Positions 35,101-47,800 of a stretch of DNA of 64,000 nt are shown piece after piece (positions within the stretch are counted from its first letter, which is position 1; the number at the start of each line of letters is the position of its first letter). The stretch comes from Ascidiella aspersa. Its lineage: Eukaryota. The stretch lies in assembly GCA_963924565.1 (NCBI GenBank), contig OZ004608.1, positions 32,922,001 through 32,986,000 of the forward strand, read 5' to 3'. The notes under the pieces are model-generated. The model was not told the origin of the DNA and did no database searches. It was given only the letters and a program-made list of their open reading frames with translations. Made by a program: the position numbers and the translations under genes.

Positions 35101-37514
35101 AGCAAATCAAAAATGTAATTTTGCCATTCTATTTCCCCAAATAGTAAATTTCACATAGGACACAAATTACTTTAGAACTGTAGTGACTTAAACCAAAATT
35201 AAAAATAGTTCTTAAGAAAATAAAAGACCCTGCCCAACACTGTGCCATTTAGTCAAATATGTTAAATCCAAAAACCTAAAAATGCAATAAGTTTCACAAA
35301 TATTTTATCTCCATTTAGTTTAAATTAATATGTGTGTTAGGAAAGAAATTCCAAAGGTATTTTTGGTTGTAAATTACTCTGTAAATAAATCTACTAACTT
35401 TGGATTTTCATGACCAAGCTCTTCAGCAAAATCTCGACTTTTTTCAAGTTTTGGTGACCATTCTGTGTTATAGACATAAGTTCTTTCCTGGCGAATTTCA
35501 TCGCCTTTATCAACCTCTTTCAACTCAGAATGCTCCACCCACTGATAAACCTCAACATGTCGTTTCAGCTTCACACAGCCAAAGGATACATGGTAGTTCC
35601 AGTCAGTAATTTTCTGTGGTATAATATCACAGTAAATTAGCAATTAACTTAGAAAAAATCAGAGAAAAAAGTTTTATTGAATGTCCACCCAAAAAAATGT
35701 AGGGAGAAATGTATACAGTTCGGCAATATATTAAAACAGCCTACTGTTGAGTTATATTCTTGAACAACCTTAAAATTAAATTTTCACATAACCATAGTGG
35801 TTATCATCCTGACAGGGAATGTCGTATCTAAAAGAATATGAGAACTAAACCAATACCTGAAAACAACTGGCAGTATCGGTGCTCGTCTAATATACTAGGG
35901 TGGTATTGGTGCCGATGCAATACCAAATAATTAATATAGGAGTTTTATCCATGATTTGCAATGCAAAGAAGTCTGGTAACTTCGACTCTAAAAGGTATTT
36001 ATTTTTAAATGGTTTAACAGTGAGGAAAACTAAGTTTCTTCTTAGTTTCCTCATTTTTTGCCAAATACACCCAAAAAATGCCTTTATTACTTTTGATTTC
36101 CTTTATTTTAATTATTTGAGCATATTTGGTATAGGATCGGAATACAAAACATTTTGCCATTGTACATCTACCAATCTGGAAAGCAGGGCAGCGGAGCCGA
36201 AGTCGGACTCGGGACTCGACGGAGTCGGTTGGTTTTGCCGGAGTCAGACTCGGACTTGAGTAAGACCGCGTAAAACTACCCGAGTCCCGAGTCCGACGTG
36301 CGCATGCGCAGTATCAAATTTTAAAAGTGTTAAGGCGGCAAAATGTAAGTTGTAAAAGTGTAATAGCAAATGTGAAATATTTTTAAACCATGTAATGCGG
36401 GTGGATTAATTATGACATCAATATGAAGGGATTGCAGAAAATCCACCTTAATTTAGTTGCGTAAATGGGTAAAATAGAGGCTGTAGAGTCAGAGCTGGAC
36501 TCAGGACTCGACAAAATCTTACATTTGGCAGAAGTCAGACTCGGGTGTATTTTTTTGGCCAGAGTCGGACTCGGGTTGTTTTTAACCGACTCCGCAGCCC
36601 TGCTGGTAAGTATGGCAGATCTCGTCAAGATCTTTTGGGTGCATGGTCAAAAAAGTCCAGTACAACACAGGTCAAAAAGTTCACCTCGGGTGACCAGCAT
36701 CTGAACCGAGTGTTATTGACATTCCGCGATGGATACTACTTTAAATGGCTTTTAAACTACCGGCTTGAATTACTATGTTATGATTTCGTGTTTACTGAGA
36801 TTTCTAAATATATACTCAACAAGCAATATTAACTGAGTGAAGTGACTCTGTGTAGAGTTCAAGAAGTTAAGGACAGGTATTTTAGCGGCGTACTCCTTGC
36901 AGTCGGTGTTACGTGTTCACTTGTGTAACAAGGAACATGTAAAGAGACTTAGACAGCCGCCTGTTCTCGCCTTAAGAGCCACCGTTTAAATAAAGGAACA
37001 TAAGCATTTTACATATTTTGGGTAAAGGTATTTTTTTTTTCCTGGTGCACTTTTAAAATGTTGAAAAAACTCGCGGGTGCACTTGCCATACTTTTCACAG
37101 TAGGGTATCGGTATTGGAATGAAATGAATCATACATCCCTAATCCTGACCTCATCCGTTTGAAGAAATCCAATATGGTGAACCAACATGTTGTTGTACTT
37201 ATGTATTTGAGATGGATCAAGTGGAACTACGAGGGACTGGCCTTCATTGAGCATTTCGCTGACATCAACTGAGCTTCCCTGAAAAGATAGAAAAAGGGTA
37301 GTATTATCAAAAACAAAATAAATTAGGGTTTTCAAACAACAAAAATATAGAAAACCACCGTATATTAAGCACTAACCTCATTGTAGTACAGGACAACGAA
37401 AGACAGCAAGAACATACAGAAACCAACAGCAACGCCGGACGTACTTTTGCCAATTCTTGCCAAAAAAGACGGCTTTTGTTTGTAGGTTACTTCAACATGT
37501 CTGTCACTAACCAT
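32107..37514 (-). CDS. TMEM43: Transmembrane protein 43 (LUMA) homolog, 388 aa
   Basis: Six phase-consistent exons: 37514-37377 (MVSDRHVEV...FLLSFVVLYYNE), 37278-37150, 35613-35399 (VKLKRHVEVYQWVE), 34942-34678 (NPKVGNFRVSY), 33452-33233 (TWLCRLAGFVCMYMGL), 32306-32107 (VDWIPIVR...WLRFHP). The motifs match TMEM43 as recalled. Confidence 0.93.
33837..33876 (-). ncRNA. Minimal type-I hammerhead ribozyme motif in TMEM43 intron 4 (sense to TMEM43)
   Basis: Minus strand reads CC-CTGACGA-A-GGCTTGCT-GGAT-AGTAAGCC-GAAA-CG-TT^GG. Stem II is 8 bp, stem III is the palindrome AACGTT, and stem I is short. Confidence 0.82.
33910..34041 (+). mobile_element. Penelope-like retroelement remnant: C-terminus of a GIY-YIG endonuclease
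   Basis: Plus-strand translation NHNKKKGDKNVRDRLFRESWQIHRTPDTMNIKTD resembles the R-x3-E-S-W-x-I-x6-M-N motif of PLE GIY-YIG domains. It abuts an oppositely oriented hammerhead. Confidence 0.6.
36171..37101. mobile_element. TIR element (CCARTCTGGAAAGTATGGCAG family) interrupted by a second MITE
   Basis: Left end CCAATCTGGAAAG[insert]CTGGTAAGTATGGCAGATCTCG, right end GGTGCACTTGCCATACTTTTCACAGTAG. An uninterrupted relative lies at ~52243-52506. Confidence 0.7.
36184..36602. mobile_element. hAT-type MITE with GAGTCGGACTC subterminal repeats
   Basis: TIRs CAGGGCAGCGGAG and CTCCGCAGCCCTG. TSD CTGGAAAG (36176-36183) vs CTGGTAAG (36603-36610), 7/8 match. Confidence 0.85.
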
Positions 37515-37921
37515 TTTTTCGCAAGAGAACGACGTTTACTATGATAAAATATTGTTTATCTTGTGGCAATCACTAATCAGCTTGGTTTCGGTGTCAAATT
37601 TATTTTTATGTTTACATCTGCACTCATGCGTAACGCTAGAAAATTATTTTTCGGTGAAATAAGTTCATTCATAGAAATCTCCGTGTTGTTCAAAAACAAA
37701 AAGCTGATTTTGATTTTTTCTAAGAGTTTTTTTGATTTTCGCACTGATAAACTATATTCTAGTTGTTTCAGATCGTGTTTTAGCAAAGTAATTTACTAGT
37801 CCACAAACAGCAATTTTATATTCAGGCGTTACGGATTTTCGTTGGCATTCATCCCAACTATTACTGCAATGTTATTTGCTGAGTATTCGTGCATTATCGC
37901 GCGATGTAAAATGTAAATTAG
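37515..37921. promoter_or_regulatory. Probable bidirectional promoter between TMEM43 and the USF3-like gene
   Basis: The divergent start codons at 37514 (-) and 37922 (+) are only 407 bp apart. Confidence 0.6.
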
Positions 37922-40900
37922 ATGGAGACCACCATAAACGAACTTCAGACCCTTGTCAAGTCTGTTGTTGACAACAGCTGGCAAGTAGGCGATGGAATAA
38001 AACGAACTGAGCAACAAAACGGCCAACCTACATCTCTCAATAATAACTGCAATGAAAACGCAGCTTCCAATAAAAGGTACATACTGTTGTTGTTGTTGTA
38101 GTGTTCTAGGAAATCAAAATAACGTTTAAATTACATGTCCTTTATAACCTGGAACACTGTGCATTTTTATTTTAATAGGCTTTTATACTACCTATGCTAT
38201 ATATCAGTCATTTTTAACTTTTTTTCTTGCAACACCTTTAAAAAAGTTCTTGTTCTTGCAACCAACCAAAAACGAAAACTTAACTTAGTTTTTCATTTTG
38301 TTTTTCACATAATCAACTGTTGCAGTTTTCAAAACAATGTGTTTAAATGCACTTGTCAGCCTGGGATAATAGTATTGCAAGCATTTTGCTACCATATGTC
38401 AGTTTAGTTACAAAACTTTGGTGTAGATAATGCAATAATAAAAACTCCCTAACAATTTTGTAGCACTTAAATGCCCCTTCAAAAAAATGAACTGTGTTTT
38501 TAGGCAATTAAACTCTCCATAGGTCAGTGCAGTTTCATTTCATTGCACTTTTCTTTGAGATGTTGGAATTGGAATTGTGCAATTAAGGTTTATACACACT
38601 TAACGTTTTCTATGCTACCAGAGCAGAATACTATTTACGAGATGTGCACATAGATTGCTATAAAATATATAGGGTGTGCCTGCCACAGAAAGCAGATGGG
38701 CCAAGAAATATTATTGCTCTGAAAAAATAAAAAAAAGTTTAAATATTTATAAAATATCCCCAGAAAAGTTCTCGAGTATTTCACTGGTTTTGCTACACCT
38801 GACAATAAGCTGGTTTTGCTACACCTGACAAATATAAAGCATCAAAAAAGCAGTAGTTTAAGAAAGATAGTAAATTATGTTTTTTTTTATTAACTAGAGC
38901 CCTGTCTAAAAAGAGATGGAAGGTGGAAAACAAGACTAATGTTAATGCTTGTAAGTACATTGTTTGTATAAGAATGCTTCTGAATATAATTTGTACAATT
39001 GGCATAGAACAAGTCTCTTAAAACCGTTACTTTAACTATTTTGTTGAATTAATCTTTGCAGCCGAAAGAGATAGAAAAGAAAGACTTGCTGCTAATATCT
39101 TAAAGTTGAAGGAAGTTTTACCAATCAAAGGAAATCGTTCCATGGTATGAAATATTTCAAGTGTATTAGTGATTGTATGTATAGGTAGATGTGTTTGTCT
39201 AAAACAAAATAAGTTTGATGTTTTTTCTTGCGAAAGCTTTTGATATTGGTTTTGTGTGGCATGAAATATACTATTACATTTAAACTTTGATTTAATTTTG
39301 CAGACCAAAGAAAAAGTGGTTGAGGAAGCAACTTCTTATATCATGAAGTTGGTAAAAAAGCAAGAAGAAGTGCTGAAATCCAACACCTCTGAATCTTTAT
39401 GTAAGAACAAAATAGTTAAACACAGCCAAGATAAACCTTAGTTATTTTACAAACATTTTAAATATGCCAATCACGTGAATCAATAGCTATTCTCAATGTA
39501 AATTTTACCTCGTTTATTTAATATTTTTTAAAGGCATAATAAACATTACAAGACAATACCTTTGTATGTTAAAATAAAGTCAAACAGTTTTTTTTCTTTA
39601 GAACCATTACCTATTTTTCAAGCAATGGAATGGTAAACTGGTCTATAATACTACTAAAACTAAAGTTTTTCTTTCAGATAATGAGCTAAAAGAATTACGA
39701 CAAAAGGTTGTAGAACTCAAAGAAGAAACCAAGAGATACCAAGCTGTTTTATTATCTCACGCTATTCCACCGGTCCTCAATAAAAATGAGGTAATTTATT
39801 GGACAAAAATGAAGAATAAGTTCCAAACTGATAAATATAACGTTGGATACCTTTGTAGATTTTGTTTGCTTTAACCAATACTGAAGAAAGTAATGCTTTG
39901 AAAAGTTAAAAACAACCTAATACTCTTATTAAATTTAGCCATGGAAAATGAAAATTTCTCGGACGACCAAGTCAAATTTGAGCAAGACAAAGAAAAAATC
40001 AGTTTCCAAAAATGGCCTGCCAAACGAATCTGCAACTGTCCCTGCATCAGAACCGCAAACTGATAAAACATCGTCATTAGGCAAAGAAAATACAACTGCA
40101 GTAACTGTTTCTTTGCCGGGCGATACCGAATCGACTGTTACGTCATCAGCAAAACAATCCGACGATTGTGTGACGTCAGCAGCCACAGAGGACCGAGCCA
40201 AAGTCCAAGACGTGCAAAAACGAATAACCGACTTTTGGAACGTGGCCGCGCTGCTTTGCATTTTAAAGTGTTGCTTCGCCAGCAAAGACCAAAGCAACTC
40301 AAAATCCCAAGAGCGAGGAGCCCAGACTATTTCGGACGCTAATCCTGCTACGGAAAACGCACCTCGCGACAACGAAATTTCTGTGGAAAGCGTGGAGCAA
40401 ATAAGCCGGCAAAACGACGCCTTGGCAAACAAGGAAAGCTTCCTAGAAACGCCGAGCAGCAAGTCAACACCCTTGGCGCAAAATGCAGCAGAGAAAAACG
40501 ACCCTCAACCACCAAACAACACCTTATTGCCAATACAAGCGCAAGGCAATCAAATAATACCAGACGCTTCGAAACAGCAACAGCAGCCAAGGCAAACTGA
40601 TAGGCCCGCGTCCCTTCAACTAGACAAAAGCATACAGCACGAAGCCGTACTAACGCAGCATATTCCTTCCCCGTCGCCGCAAGTAGACGACAACCTGCTT
40701 GCCTGGCTTCGCTCTGAAGCTCCAACAAGCAACGGCGTTGAAGCAATGCGCTCCAATCTGAGTCCAATACATACGCAAGTCGACACCAGCGTTTCGAACT
40801 CCATAGCAGCCGCCAAAGACTCGAGCGCATTGCAGAAGAGGCCCGCCATGAATTCCTTTAACATCGCCAGCCTCATGAAGAGCAACGACGACCCGCAGTT

Positions 40901-43182
40901 GTCGCTGCTTCCGCGGGAAAAGAAGGAACAAGCTCCCGCGGAACACGAAGGTCTCGACTTTGCAGGCGCTACCCCGAAGGACGTTATGCACCAGTCGTTC
41001 GAGACCGACATCTTTGATTGTTTGCAGGTAGGCCGATATGTGCTCCAAGTATGATATTAAATATTGGACAGTAGACATTTACGTTTTCGTTACGCGTTTG
41101 TATGCATCCCTTGTGACGTTTCGTGGCACATCTTTCTGGAACTTTCGTAACAATTCTTCTTTCTTGGATTGCTTGCTGGCAGGCCAATGAGTTCTGCCAG
41201 GAATAGGGATGTGTGATACTTGATATTTTATGTCGATACCGAAAATAAGGTTACTGCTATGCTCCAACAAAAAAAATAAACTTAAATCATACAAAGGTCT
41301 TTTCCAGGTTATTTGGCCGAAATTTGCCGAACTATTATTTTCGATAAATTTACGTTTCAAATTTAAATCTCTGCGTTAAATTGCAAATCATTGTCGAAAT
41401 TTCTATGTTAACTTGTTGTCGGTTCGGCACCGATACCGCCCTAGTATCGGGCGTATCGGGAGAGTACCGATACTACCACTTGAGCTCAGGTATCGTGTGA
41501 GTTCCGATATTACCGGACATCCCTAGTTGTCGTATCGGCGAACATCCCCCTCCCGAAAACGTGTACAAACATCGAAACAAACACACAGTAACTTGCATAT
41601 CTTTACACTACAGGGTCTCACAACACCGGAACCGCCAACACGCCAAGGTACAGGAAAGCTTGACGCCTTTATAAGAACAAGCGCTCCCGGGCGAGAGCAC
41701 TTACTTGTTCCCCAGGAGCGGCGCCGCGACCAACATCTGCCGCTCGACCTGCACGACCTATTGCATACGGAAGGCGCCCAAAGCCACTCCGCCCCTGTAG
41801 TGCCCATGGAGCAGCTGTCCTACTCTATAGCACGTAACCACGCTTCTCAGCATAACACACAAAGGCAGCACTTTGCCTACACTCAGCCCCAACAGCAGCA
41901 GCAACACCAGGTACCCACCTCGCTATGGCAGCCAGCCATTGCTGATAGCTCGCACCCTAAGCCGTTTCCCGACTGCTTTTCGCCCGGCCATTACATCACA
42001 CCGACGGCGGCCCCCCAAACCCAGCGCCCCCGGCCCCACCCCCACATCGGGGCCACCCCTAGAGGTCGTATCACCCAGGCCCTGCCGCCCAATGTCGGCT
42101 GGTTCGCCGGCGATAAGTCTTCGACGCCGGCTGCTTATTCGTCCTCGGCGGGAAATGCGAACCTGAATTCCGGCGGAATGCTGACCTCAGGTTGGTGGCT
42201 GCTAAAATTTACTTTTTCGTATATAATGGTTATTAGTCATAACGAGCAAGCGGTTTCAAGTCATATGTAAAACAACTTAATTCCAAGTAAAGTCTTTTTG
42301 AATAAATAACAAGTTAAGTCCCAGCCAAGTCACAATTTCTACGAAATATGTGTGCCTATTTTGGCGAAAAGGTTACTTTTTGTTATTAACATTACTTGGG
42401 TTGACTGCATTTCCGATTTAAACACACGTGGTGAAAAAATACCGAGTAAAATTCTGTCTTCATTTACCCGGACATGTTAAGTATAGTTTTCATATGAACT
42501 TCACATATTTTGTGTTTTGCCATAGTGCCAACACCTCAAGTTGAAGTTACCAAAAAGCGAAAAGGTCAGAAAAGTTCGGCGTCTTCAAAGAAGAAGAAAC
42601 TGTCGAGCAGCGCGAAAGGTAATGCTATGCTCCAGCTTTATCGTTTCGTATATATATATTTTTTAAGTGCGTTAAACTAGTATTTTTTTTAACTTAATCA
42701 CATTGATTTCCAAAGGTGGCCAATGCACGACAACGACAATCTCGAAGCAGCCCCAACGCCCAGACAACGACCCCCGGCCAAATATCACCCAGAACCAAGT
42801 GCCTCCGGCCCCCCTCCGACTTTACCCACACCCACCTTGCCCCATCGCCCCAAACAACAGCGGGGACCGAAGAATGTACCCCGGGGTCCAAAACATAAAC
42901 CCCCACGCCGCCGTGGTGGGTCATCCCCCTTGTGTGGGGTACAACCCCGAAATCGGGGGTCAGACGGCACTTTTTCACCCCCACACCTCCCTGGGTCAAC
43001 AGGGGGGTGGTTACCCCGCGCCCCACCACGCCCCCTATTTTTCCTACAACCACCGCTTGCCGCAGAACCAGCAGCTTAAGTATGTGCCGAGTTTCGCGAA
43101 CAACTCGAACAATAATAACAATGCGTCTGGTAAGAATCACCACAAAGGCTCGCAGCATCACATCAGGCAGATTCTCGGCTGA
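37922..43182 (+). CDS. USF3: USF3-like bHLH-leucine-zipper transcription factor, ~908 aa
   Basis: Nine phase-consistent exons: 37922-38076, 38898-38950, 39062-39144, 39304-39400, 39678-39790, 39939-41027, 41614-42190, 42526-42618, 42716-43182. Exons 2-5 give VNASERDRKERLAANILKLKEVLP...TKEKVVEEATSYIMKLVKKQEEVL...NELKELRQKVVELKEETKRYQAVLLSHAI, resembling the N-terminal bHLH-ZIP of USF3. A long Q/P/S-rich tail with a bipartite-NLS-like exon follows. Orthology is by recall only. Confidence 0.8.
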
Positions 43183-44803
43183 CACGCGAAACTTTTTCGC
43201 TCGTTATTTTTTGCTTCTATTTTTTGTTTTGTTTTTCTTCTCTCTCTTGCCACTGTGATGCGCATCGTTTCGCAATAAACCAGAGAAATGTCGCTACAAT
43301 GTACGGCAGTCGGCAGTGCTTGTTTTGTTATAACTTATAAATATTAATATTTTAGCTTAAAGTTTGTGATGGATAGCTGAAACAAAGGTTTGTGTGAAAA
43401 TATCAGCTGATTAGCGGCACAACTTTCAGAGATATTACACTATAAAAAAAACTTAGCGTGTCTTTTTAAACGAGTATGTTTTTCTCAAACTGTGGTTCGC
43501 GACTGTTTAATTTGGTTAGGACGCTGACTGCAGTAGTTAATATGTTTGGTACTGTACTGGGAAAGAGATCTCAAAGTGAGAAAACTGCAGAGGAAATACT
43601 AAGACAGGACGCATATTAATTAAATCAGAATGCATTTACGCCATTTGTCTTACACTGTGTTCATTTACAAAAAGTGAGGTTTAGAGAATGAGGTCGGCAA
43701 AGCTTCGCTTGTGTTTGGGTCGCCGCGAAAAAAGGCCGAAAAACGCTGGGATATGTTGTATAGCCAATGGTATACCGGATCTAATCCAGAGTATGTATTG
43801 TACACAGCTGACAAAAGGTGTGCGAAGGGTATAAACATTAAATTTGTTTCTTGGTAACTCACAATATTTTTTTACAACCTTCAACCCTTACCGACTGAAT
43901 TATTTTTTTCTGAAATACAAAACTTGGTGCTCTCTCATCTCACAAAGAAAACTTTAATAGTACTCAAAAAAGATTTAATCGAACTTAAAAAAATGAGGTC
44001 AAAAAAACAACAGTATAGTGATTGAATGGCGAATATCGGTTCGCAACCTTGCAAAACAATTTATTTTGAACAGAACAAAACACAAAATCAAAGGCGAAAC
44101 GCTGTTACGCGACAGTGCAAAAAAGTTAGTGTTTCAAAATAGAGTTTACAATGATTCGCCGATAAAGCGAATAATTATAATTCTCAAGAATAGATGTATT
44201 GCCGTAGATATCAAGTTTTTGTTCACCCTATGTCAAAATCTGGATAGATTTTAGGGGCCACACTGACAGAAAACCATCGGCTTGCAAAAGTTATTTTTTA
44301 AGAAAATTATTAAAAAACTGTGTTTTCTTAGTGGAAATCTATTATTCATCTTGATGCTGCGGAATATATTTGGCAGTATAGCGTTGGGAAAGTTTCATAG
44401 TATTGCAATAATTAAACGCAATCTGTAGTCAAGACTTAACTGCAAATGAACTTTGAGTTGTGCCAAGTAACATTGGCTCTATAACGGCTGTAGCACTTGG
44501 AACAAAAATAAACCGGCACACAGACTTCTATTTTAAAGCAAAAAAGGAAAAAGCCTATCTATATGTCTGCGATCTGTTCTTCGCACGAATACCAAACTCT
44601 CTTACAGCAATAATGCCCGAATGGGTAAATCGCCGACGAATATTTCACAAAAGAAATGCCAAAATCTCGACCCGACTGCTTAAACCTCCTGTAGTTTATC
44701 TCACTCCAAACAAACGCAACCGCCTATTGGACTGAACTTGAATCAGAGATGACGTCGCGTATTCCCGTGACGTCATCATTTCGCTCTGGTGATGACGTCA
44801 TCG

Positions 44804-47800
44804 TCATCTCACAAGCTTTTTGTTGAGTATTTCCCAGACCATGGTGCGACGCAGTAGCGGCATGTGGGTTTGCGTGAAGTTGAGGGGGGCGTCCCTACTT
44901 AGGAACTCGGCAAAGGTGCAGGTGAAAACGCCGCAGTCGGAGCCGTTCATCTGTTCCGGGATTTCCTGAAAATTTGTCAAATAACATAAGGTTTTTTCTT
45001 TTTGCTTTAGGAAAATATTTTTGCACGTTTTGTAAAATTATAGATAACGCGGTAAGAATATTTTTTTCTAATTTTCCAGTACTGTAGTGCGTTATTTATA
45101 ATGTAAGGAAATTAAATTTCATGTATTGCGTTACTTATATTACAAGATGTTTTAACCTTGAACGTTTTTTACTGTCACTAATTTACCCCCGTCTAATTCA
45201 GTTTTTATTGGAATAAAGGGAGATAGCAACGAAAAAGTTGAATTAGCAGACGATCACCAAATGCTATCGAGCTCATATATAAAGCATTTAAAAGTTATTA
45301 AAACTACACTTTGCAAATCATGCAATTTTCAACAGGTAATAATTAACCAGAGTTATACGACAAAACAAAAACTGTAAACAAAAAATATCATACAGATAAA
45401 ATATATTTTCAAACAGCAATTGAGTGCATGATTTCAGGTCATTTACCCTGCTTTAACTTGCTCAAACATTTACCGAAATGTAGAATACACGCAGATGCAA
45501 AAGTACCTTTGTAGATGAAACACACACACACATGTGTTTAATAACAACTGTGATCTAGCCCCTCGGAAGCTGCTTTATGACCAACGATTACGGCTACCTT
45601 TGTAGATTTGCAGATGGTTTTCCATTCCGAAACGTCGTACTCGCTTTTCTTTTTGTCCAGGTGTTCGCTCACCAAGTATTGCTTGAGGGTCGCCAGACAC
45701 TCGTGGTTTGGCCCGCCCATCGAGTCGTAGTAGCTGATCTCCTTGCTGCGGAAGTCCACCATCTGTGACGTCACAATTTGCATTGTTCGCTATGTGTGTT
45801 ACGTCATACCCGAAACCATTTAAAGATGATTCAAGTCATAACATTGAGAGTTGTGCAGCTAAAATGACGTTTTGAAAAGTCAATTGTTTGGTTCTATTGT
45901 TTTACGCGTTTGTTTTGTCATACCGAGAGACAATTAAAAGGATTCAATTCAAAACATTTAATTGTACGCGTTGTTAAGACCCAATGACAAGTAATACAGG
46001 TAAATTTACCATGTTTCCTTTTTTGTGTGTAAATGTAAAAAATGAACTAAATTAGTGAGTTTTGCAGGTTTTTAACATGTGAAACTGACTTGCCGCAGTA
46101 AACTACTAAAGTATGTACAAAACAAAAATCAAATATGTAGTGTTCGGCTACATTGGTAAGTGCCTGAATATAATCTTTATTGCTTAATTTAGCCAAAAAC
46201 AATTAACAATTGCGTTGCTCACAGCTGCTAAGTTCGTAAAATAAACAGTCGGGGTTAGAAGGTTTATATTAAATTCAGTGATTTGAAAAATACTTTATGT
46301 TGAAACGAAACGATTTAAGTCAGTGGTTTCTCATGCTGTTTAACTTTCTTTGTTTCAAGAATTTATAGCATTTTCTATTATTATCTTAAGAAATCGAAAG
46401 AGGTCAGTTAGTGAGAATCACTAAGGGTGCTTTTAAATCACAACTTCATCTCGTGATTAGAGGCAAGGTTCAGCCCAAGCCGTGTACATGTTGAGCATTT
46501 GTGTTTCATGTTGCAGTACTCTTGACTGTTATACTTTTCAAGAAATTTTTAGTTTAAAAAAAGACAAACCCTATCTTCTTTAACAACAAATAAGGAGATC
46601 GCGCCCTTGGGTAGTTTGACACCTTTGTCCAGCTTTTTTAAATAAAAAATATTCGAAGACCAACCGCAAGTGTCCAATGCACTCCCAAATGTACGGGAAC
46701 GATGAAAAGATCCTTGGTGAAGATATCGACTCTTTTGGTCCACCGCCGCACCGACTTGTAGCCCTGGCCGACCAGCTTGGGGTAAAAGAACGTGTTCATT
46801 GCGTGGGCGCTGGGAAGGCCTTTGACTTCCTTCGATCGCTTGACGATCAGCTCCATGTAAAAGTTGATCACCTGAGTTGAAAACTCAGTTAAACAGCATT
46901 TACTTATAGATTTTTACTGTTTGAAATAGTTTTTGGAAATTGCTTAGAAACCGCTTTTATTCTGTTAGTTTTATTCTGCAGCGTGAAACTTTGGTAGTTG
47001 ATAAATATAATGGGAGATAACATCGCTATTAACAGCAAAACTGTAAAATTAAACGGTACCGTTATATAGCGGACTTTCAGAAACAATGTTTGATGCTTAT
47101 AATGCTTTTATGATGCTAATCACTTCTATTCGTCGATTTTATTCTTCAGCATGAATCATTATTGATTGAATTGGAGACAACATTGCAATTGAACGAAAAA
47201 CTCTAAACTTTAACAATAATTTTGTAAAATGCAATTTGATATAATTTATCTATCCCGATTGAAATTTGATTATTGTAACTTTTCAGTATCTCGAAATATA
47301 TTAATTTCTATGAGCTGTGATATTATTATTTTTTTTAAATGTAAGGTAGAAATGATAACTTAAGGCGTGTCCAGAGTTATATCTCCAAAATTTAACGATC
47401 AACAATAAAATCAGTTGGAATATTCACTATCACTCTCCCAGAGGAAAGCATGTCAATAAATAACCATAGCACCATTGTCTGCTGCATATATACAACCTTA
47501 ATTGCAGGGGATCAAAAAAGCAAGTCTAGGAATAAGAATACCTCGTCGTTCAGCCAGTTAAGGCTGCTCAAGGTTGCCATGTGTTCCCTGGTGATGCAAA
47601 TGTTAAATTCCTCGACCAGACTGGCATGTGGAGGGTAAGGTACAAGGGCACCGTCCACCATTTCATCAGCTTCCTGTCAAAAAGCAAATAGAGATGTTAT
47701 AAACACTAGGAATGGCCTGACAACAAATGAGAATTTTTTTTAGGGAAAAAAACTAATGGTAAAATTTTAAATTTCTAAGTAAATAAAACTGGCATTTTTT

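Noticed and set aside
39871-43258. Long antisense and alternate-frame ORFs over the USF3-like exons
   Set aside because: Shadows of GC-rich coding sequence with no independent features.
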